NCBI GenBank assembly: GCA_963793265.1
Contig: CAWBZI010000006.1
Span: 192,001 to 256,000 of the forward strand
DNA: 64,000 bases
From: an uncultured cyanobacterium
Lineage (GTDB): Bacteria; Cyanobacteriota; Cyanobacteriia; Phormidesmidales; Phormidesmidaceae
Direction of reading: 5' to 3'
The translations under genes and the position numbers were made by a program. The notes beneath the pieces were generated by a model. The model had not been told where the DNA came from, ran no database searches, and saw only the letters and a list, made by a program, of their open reading frames with translations. This document shows, one piece after another, positions 60,360 through 64,000 of this stretch. Within the stretch, counting starts at the first letter, position 1; every line of letters starts with the position of its first letter.

Positions 60360-63300
60360 ATGTCTAATAGCAGTTTTGGCGCTCACTCTGGCCTGGGATC
60401 TGGCCTTGATGAGATACTTATTCCAGCCATTACCAATACAGAAATATCTAGCTCACCTTTAGCAGGCAGGCTCGCTAACAACCTGAACCAGCAGGGCAAT
60501 CATCTGGTTGTAATTGATTCGGCGGTAGACAATATCGAGCAGTTGATAGCCGGGATCGACTCAGCCCGAGTTGTGGTGTTGGATAGCGATCGCAATGGCA
60601 TTGAACAGATTTCAGAAGTTCTAGCAGAATACGTCAGAGTGCCGGGAGAAAGTGATCAAACAGCCCCAGGCACAGATGATTTAACGGGGGAACCACTCGA
60701 TAGCCTGCACGTAGTCTCTCACGGCGAGCAGGGCCAGGTTCAGCTAGGCAACACAACGCTAGACACTGAGGCGATCGCGCTTTACGAAACAGAAATATCC
60801 GGCTGGGGCGAGGCCATCTCTTCAGAAGGCGACATTCTGTTCTACGGCTGTAACCTGGCGGTCGGCACCGCCGGGCTTCAGTTTGTTGATCGGCTCTCGC
60901 AGCTAACCGGGGCCGATGTTGCCGCTTCTGACGATTTGACCGGGGCAGGCGGTGACTGGGATTTAGAGGTGACCACAGGCTCTATTGAAGCGCAGGCAAT
61001 TTTAGATAGTGTGACGCAAACCTCTTACTTAGGCACCCTAGCAAGCTACAACGGCAACGAATATGTGCTGACTGACGGGCCAAAAACCTGGGAAATTGCG
61101 CAGGCTGAAGCGAGAAACATAGGCGGCAACTTAGTTACCATTAATGATGCGGCTGAAGAAGCCTGGCTAAAAGAGACGTTTGGAACAGATGAGGGCTTTT
61201 GGATAGGGTTGAGCGATCGCGTTAATGAAGGTCAGTTCACCTGGGCCAACGGTGACGCGGTGACCTACACCAACTGGTTCCCTGGCGAACCCAACGACGC
61301 AGGCGGCGCTCAAGACTACGCCCGCATGAACTTTTTGGGCAGCAAACAGTGGGACGATGCAGGCAGCGGCAGCTTTTTTACAGGCATTATTGAAATCGAG
61401 CCCGTTCCTGTCAGCGGTGAAAAAACCTACAACGGCAGCACCTACGTTTTAACCGGCGAAAAAAGCTGGGAAGCCGCTCAAGCCGAAGCCGAAGCCAAAG
61501 GCGGGAACCTAGTGACTATCAACAACGCTGCTGAAGAAGCCTGGATTCAGGAAAACTTCGGCACCAACCGAGACTTTTGGATAGGCTTTAACGACATTGA
61601 AACCGAAGGGCAGTTTGAATGGGCCAGCGGCGAAGCAGTCACCTACACCAACTGGGCACCCGGAGAACCCAACAACGGTGCAGGCTTTGGCGAACAAGAC
61701 TATGGCCGTATGAACTTTGGCGCTAATAACGAGTGGGACGACCACTTTGCCAACATCTCCCTACAGGGTCTGATCGAAATTAAGGGCGATGTTCCGCCTG
61801 ATCCCGAACCGCCAATACCTGAGCCACCTAATCCAGAGCCACCCGATCCAGAGCCGCCAACAACAAATCCAGGCAACATTTCTATTAAAACCAATCTCAT
61901 CAATATTGGAGAGAATGCGGGCAGCGCTCGAATTAATATCGTACGCACAGGCGGGCGAGACGGCGATTTGACGGTAGACTATCGCACGTTTGATGAAAGC
62001 GCTGAAGTTGGAGAAGACTACGAGGAAACGACAGGCAGCGTTGTCTTCTTTAACGGCGAAATTCAAAAGAGCGTCTCGATACCTATCATCAACGACGATG
62101 AGTCAGAGAGCAACGAACGCTTCAACTTCACGATTGACAACGTGCAGGGCGGCGCTGGACTTGCGGCCCCTCGAACCGCTCAAATTACAATCGTCGACGA
62201 CGATGGTGAGCCCCCAATTCCGAAAAGCTTTGGTGGCAATCAATACGTCCTCACTAACGGCTCAAAAAGCTGGGAAGAAGCTCAGGTCGAAGCTGCAGAG
62301 AAAGGCGGTAACCTAGTCACTATCAACAGCGCTGAAGAGGAAGCCTGGCTACAGGCGAACTACGGCATTAACGAAGACTATTGGATTGGCCTGAACGATG
62401 TCGCCACCGAAGGGCAGTTTGAGTGGGTCAGCGGCCAAGACCTTAACTACACCAACTGGGCGGCAGGAGAACCTAACAATGGCGCAGGCTTTGGCGAACA
62501 AGACTTTGTACGCATGAACTTTGGCAGCACCAACGAATGGGACGACTACACGAACACCCTCACCTTACGAGGCGTCATCGAGATTGGCGGTGACAATACG
62601 CCCGATGACAATCCCAATCCATCCAATCCTCCAAATCCACCCAATCCCACTGGAGAGCCAACTGCAACAACCGTTTACAGCGGCCTCAACCGGCCTGTTG
62701 CAATTGAATGGACGCCGGACAGCTCCAAAATGTTTATCGCTGAAAAAGGAGGCGCGGTTAAAGTCGCTGAAGACGGCAACGTGCTACCAACAGACTTTAT
62801 CAATATTGCCGATCAGGTTAATACGGCCAACGATCGCGGCCTATTAGATATTGCCATTCACCCCAATTTCCCAAGCACGCCCTACGTTTACTTGCTCTAC
62901 AGCTACGATCCGCCAGAAGCAGCAGGCAACAGCGGTCTAGCCGGGCGAGACGGCGGTGGTAACAGGGCAGGCCGACTAACCAGGGTTACAGCGGATGCGA
63001 GCAACGACTATCGCACGGCGGTGAGCGGCAGTGAAGTTGTTTTGGTCGGCAAAAACAGCACTTGGGAGAACTTTAATGGCTTTGTAGATAGCACCGTCAA
63101 CTTCGACGAGCCGCCCGCGGGTATTTTGCCAGGCGGCGGCAATTTGCAAGACTTTATGGCCGCAGACAGTAATTCTCACTCGATTGGTTCAATAGAATTT
63201 GGCAGTGACGGATTGCTCTATGCCAGCAACGGTGACGGTACTTCCTACAATCGCCCTGATCCACGCACCAAGAGGGTTCAAGACGTTGACAACCTTTCTG

Positions 63301-63899
63301 GAAAGATTCTCCGTATCGATCCGATTACAGGGCAAGGCGTGAGCAGCAATCCGTTCTACAACGGCAATCCTGATTCTAACCAGAGCAAGGTTTATCAGCT
63401 AGGATTGCGCAATCCGTTCCGCTTTGTAATGAGCCCAACGACCGGGCAGCCTGTGATTGGTGATGTGGGCTGGAAGACATGGGAAGAGATTAATACGGGC
63501 GGTGCGGGTGCGAACTTTGGCTGGCCGTACTTTGAAGGAGAGAATCAGACGGGAGAATACAACACGCTACCGTCAGCGATAGAGTTCTATGCAAGTAACC
63601 CTGATGTGACCGATCCGAGCCTGTCGCTCAACCATAGCACTGGCATTAACGCGATTATTATGGGTGACGTTTATGACGGCAATACTTACCCAGATAAATA
63701 TGATGGCGACGTTTTCTTTAATGATGTAGGGAGAGGGATTGTGAGCCACGCCAATATAGATGGCGCGGGCAATATTACGGGTGCGGAGGAGTTTATTAGA
63801 GATAGTGTGTTTGTGGTGCAGATGCGAACCGGGCCGGATGGTGACTTGTACTATGTTGATTTGAATGATGGAGAGGTGGGTAAGTGGGAGTTTGCTTAA
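60360..63899 (+). CDS. Multidomain protein: DUF4347 + three C-type lectin domains + Calx-beta + PQQ-dependent glucose/sorbosone dehydrogenase-type propeller
   Basis: DUF4347: ID..V...L, H..SHG..G...LG, GDILFYGC..A, VAASDD.TG..GDW.LE. Three copies of W..A...A...GGNLVTIN...E..W...WIG..D...EG.F.W...Y.NW..GEPN. Calx-beta: G..F..GE..K...I.I.ND...E..E.F. Propeller: DRGLL.IA.HP.F, GKILRI, GLRNPFR, WEE.N...GAN.GWP. Confidence 0.88.
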   Translation: MSNSSFGAHSGLGSGLDEILIPAITNTEISSSPLAGRLANNLNQQGNHLVVIDSAVDNIEQLIAGIDSARVVVLDSDRNGIEQISEVLAEYVRVPGESDQTAPGTDDLTGEPLDSLHVVSHGEQGQVQLGNTTLDTEAIALYETEISGWGEAISSEGDILFYGCNLAVGTAGLQFVDRLSQLTGADVAASDDLTGAGGDWDLEVTTGSIEAQAILDSVTQTSYLGTLASYNGNEYVLTDGPKTWEIAQAEARNIGGNLVTINDAAEEAWLKETFGTDEGFWIGLSDRVNEGQFTWANGDAVTYTNWFPGEPNDAGGAQDYARMNFLGSKQWDDAGSGSFFTGIIEIEPVPVSGEKTYNGSTYVLTGEKSWEAAQAEAEAKGGNLVTINNAAEEAWIQENFGTNRDFWIGFNDIETEGQFEWASGEAVTYTNWAPGEPNNGAGFGEQDYGRMNFGANNEWDDHFANISLQGLIEIKGDVPPDPEPPIPEPPNPEPPDPEPPTTNPGNISIKTNLINIGENAGSARINIVRTGGRDGDLTVDYRTFDESAEVGEDYEETTGSVVFFNGEIQKSVSIPIINDDESESNERFNFTIDNVQGGAGLAAPRTAQITIVDDDGEPPIPKSFGGNQYVLTNGSKSWEEAQVEAAEKGGNLVTINSAEEEAWLQANYGINEDYWIGLNDVATEGQFEWVSGQDLNYTNWAAGEPNNGAGFGEQDFVRMNFGSTNEWDDYTNTLTLRGVIEIGGDNTPDDNPNPSNPPNPPNPTGEPTATTVYSGLNRPVAIEWTPDSSKMFIAEKGGAVKVAEDGNVLPTDFINIADQVNTANDRGLLDIAIHPNFPSTPYVYLLYSYDPPEAAGNSGLAGRDGGGNRAGRLTRVTADASNDYRTAVSGSEVVLVGKNSTWENFNGFVDSTVNFDEPPAGILPGGGNLQDFMAADSNSHSIGSIEFGSDGLLYASNGDGTSYNRPDPRTKRVQDVDNLSGKILRIDPITGQGVSSNPFYNGNPDSNQSKVYQLGLRNPFRFVMSPTTGQPVIGDVGWKTWEEINTGGAGANFGWPYFEGENQTGEYNTLPSAIEFYASNPDVTDPSLSLNHSTGINAIIMGDVYDGNTYPDKYDGDVFFNDVGRGIVSHANIDGAGNITGAEEFIRDSVFVVQMRTGPDGDLYYVDLNDGEVGKWEFA

Positions 63900-64000
63900 G
63901 AGGGCTGCGTTTCGATAATGTTCCGAGCCCCTCACCCTAAATCCTTGAAAGACACAGTTTAGTGACACCTTGGCAGCATAGGGCGTTTTCCCTGGGGGAG

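Noticed and set aside
63925..64000. CCCCTCACCCTAAATCC half-repeat followed by TGAAAGACACAGTTTAGTGACACC, possibly an IS end inserted in a palindromic repeat
   Set aside because: The window ends before any partner repeat or transposase can be seen, so it cannot be supported.

Overview
This is a 64 kb stretch of cyanobacterial chromosome, judged from dozens of HIP1 (GCGATCGC) octamers and cyanobacterial genes such as ndhV, psb32, a Tic22 gene, DUF3611 and DUF2555. All family calls come from motif recognition by eye, not database searches. Most of the window is housekeeping: coaBC, purH, purN, gmd/fcl, rlmN, tRNA-Pro(TGG), a P-type ATPase and two-component kinases. Accessory material includes a BrnT/BrnA-type toxin-antitoxin pair, a tnpB-only IS200/IS605 element with intact RuvC residues and recognisable ends, and several large extracellular-type proteins. 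The best candidate for an undescribed system is at 45.9-52.6 kb. There a tiny, independently terminated gene encodes a signal peptide, an acidic spacer and a C-terminal Cys-X9-Cys core (WCFRVPGYGWVCG). It sits divergently from a DUF928 gene and directly upstream of an abutting filamentous-haemagglutinin-domain gene and TPR-CHAT (caspase-like protease) gene, which suggests an extracellular peptide/protease signalling module. Other points of interest are two long structured leaders, a PlsC/ELT-hydrolase pair, a REP-like repeat family and stop-codon micro-duplications. Five single-base frameshifts may reflect sequencing error rather than real pseudogenes.
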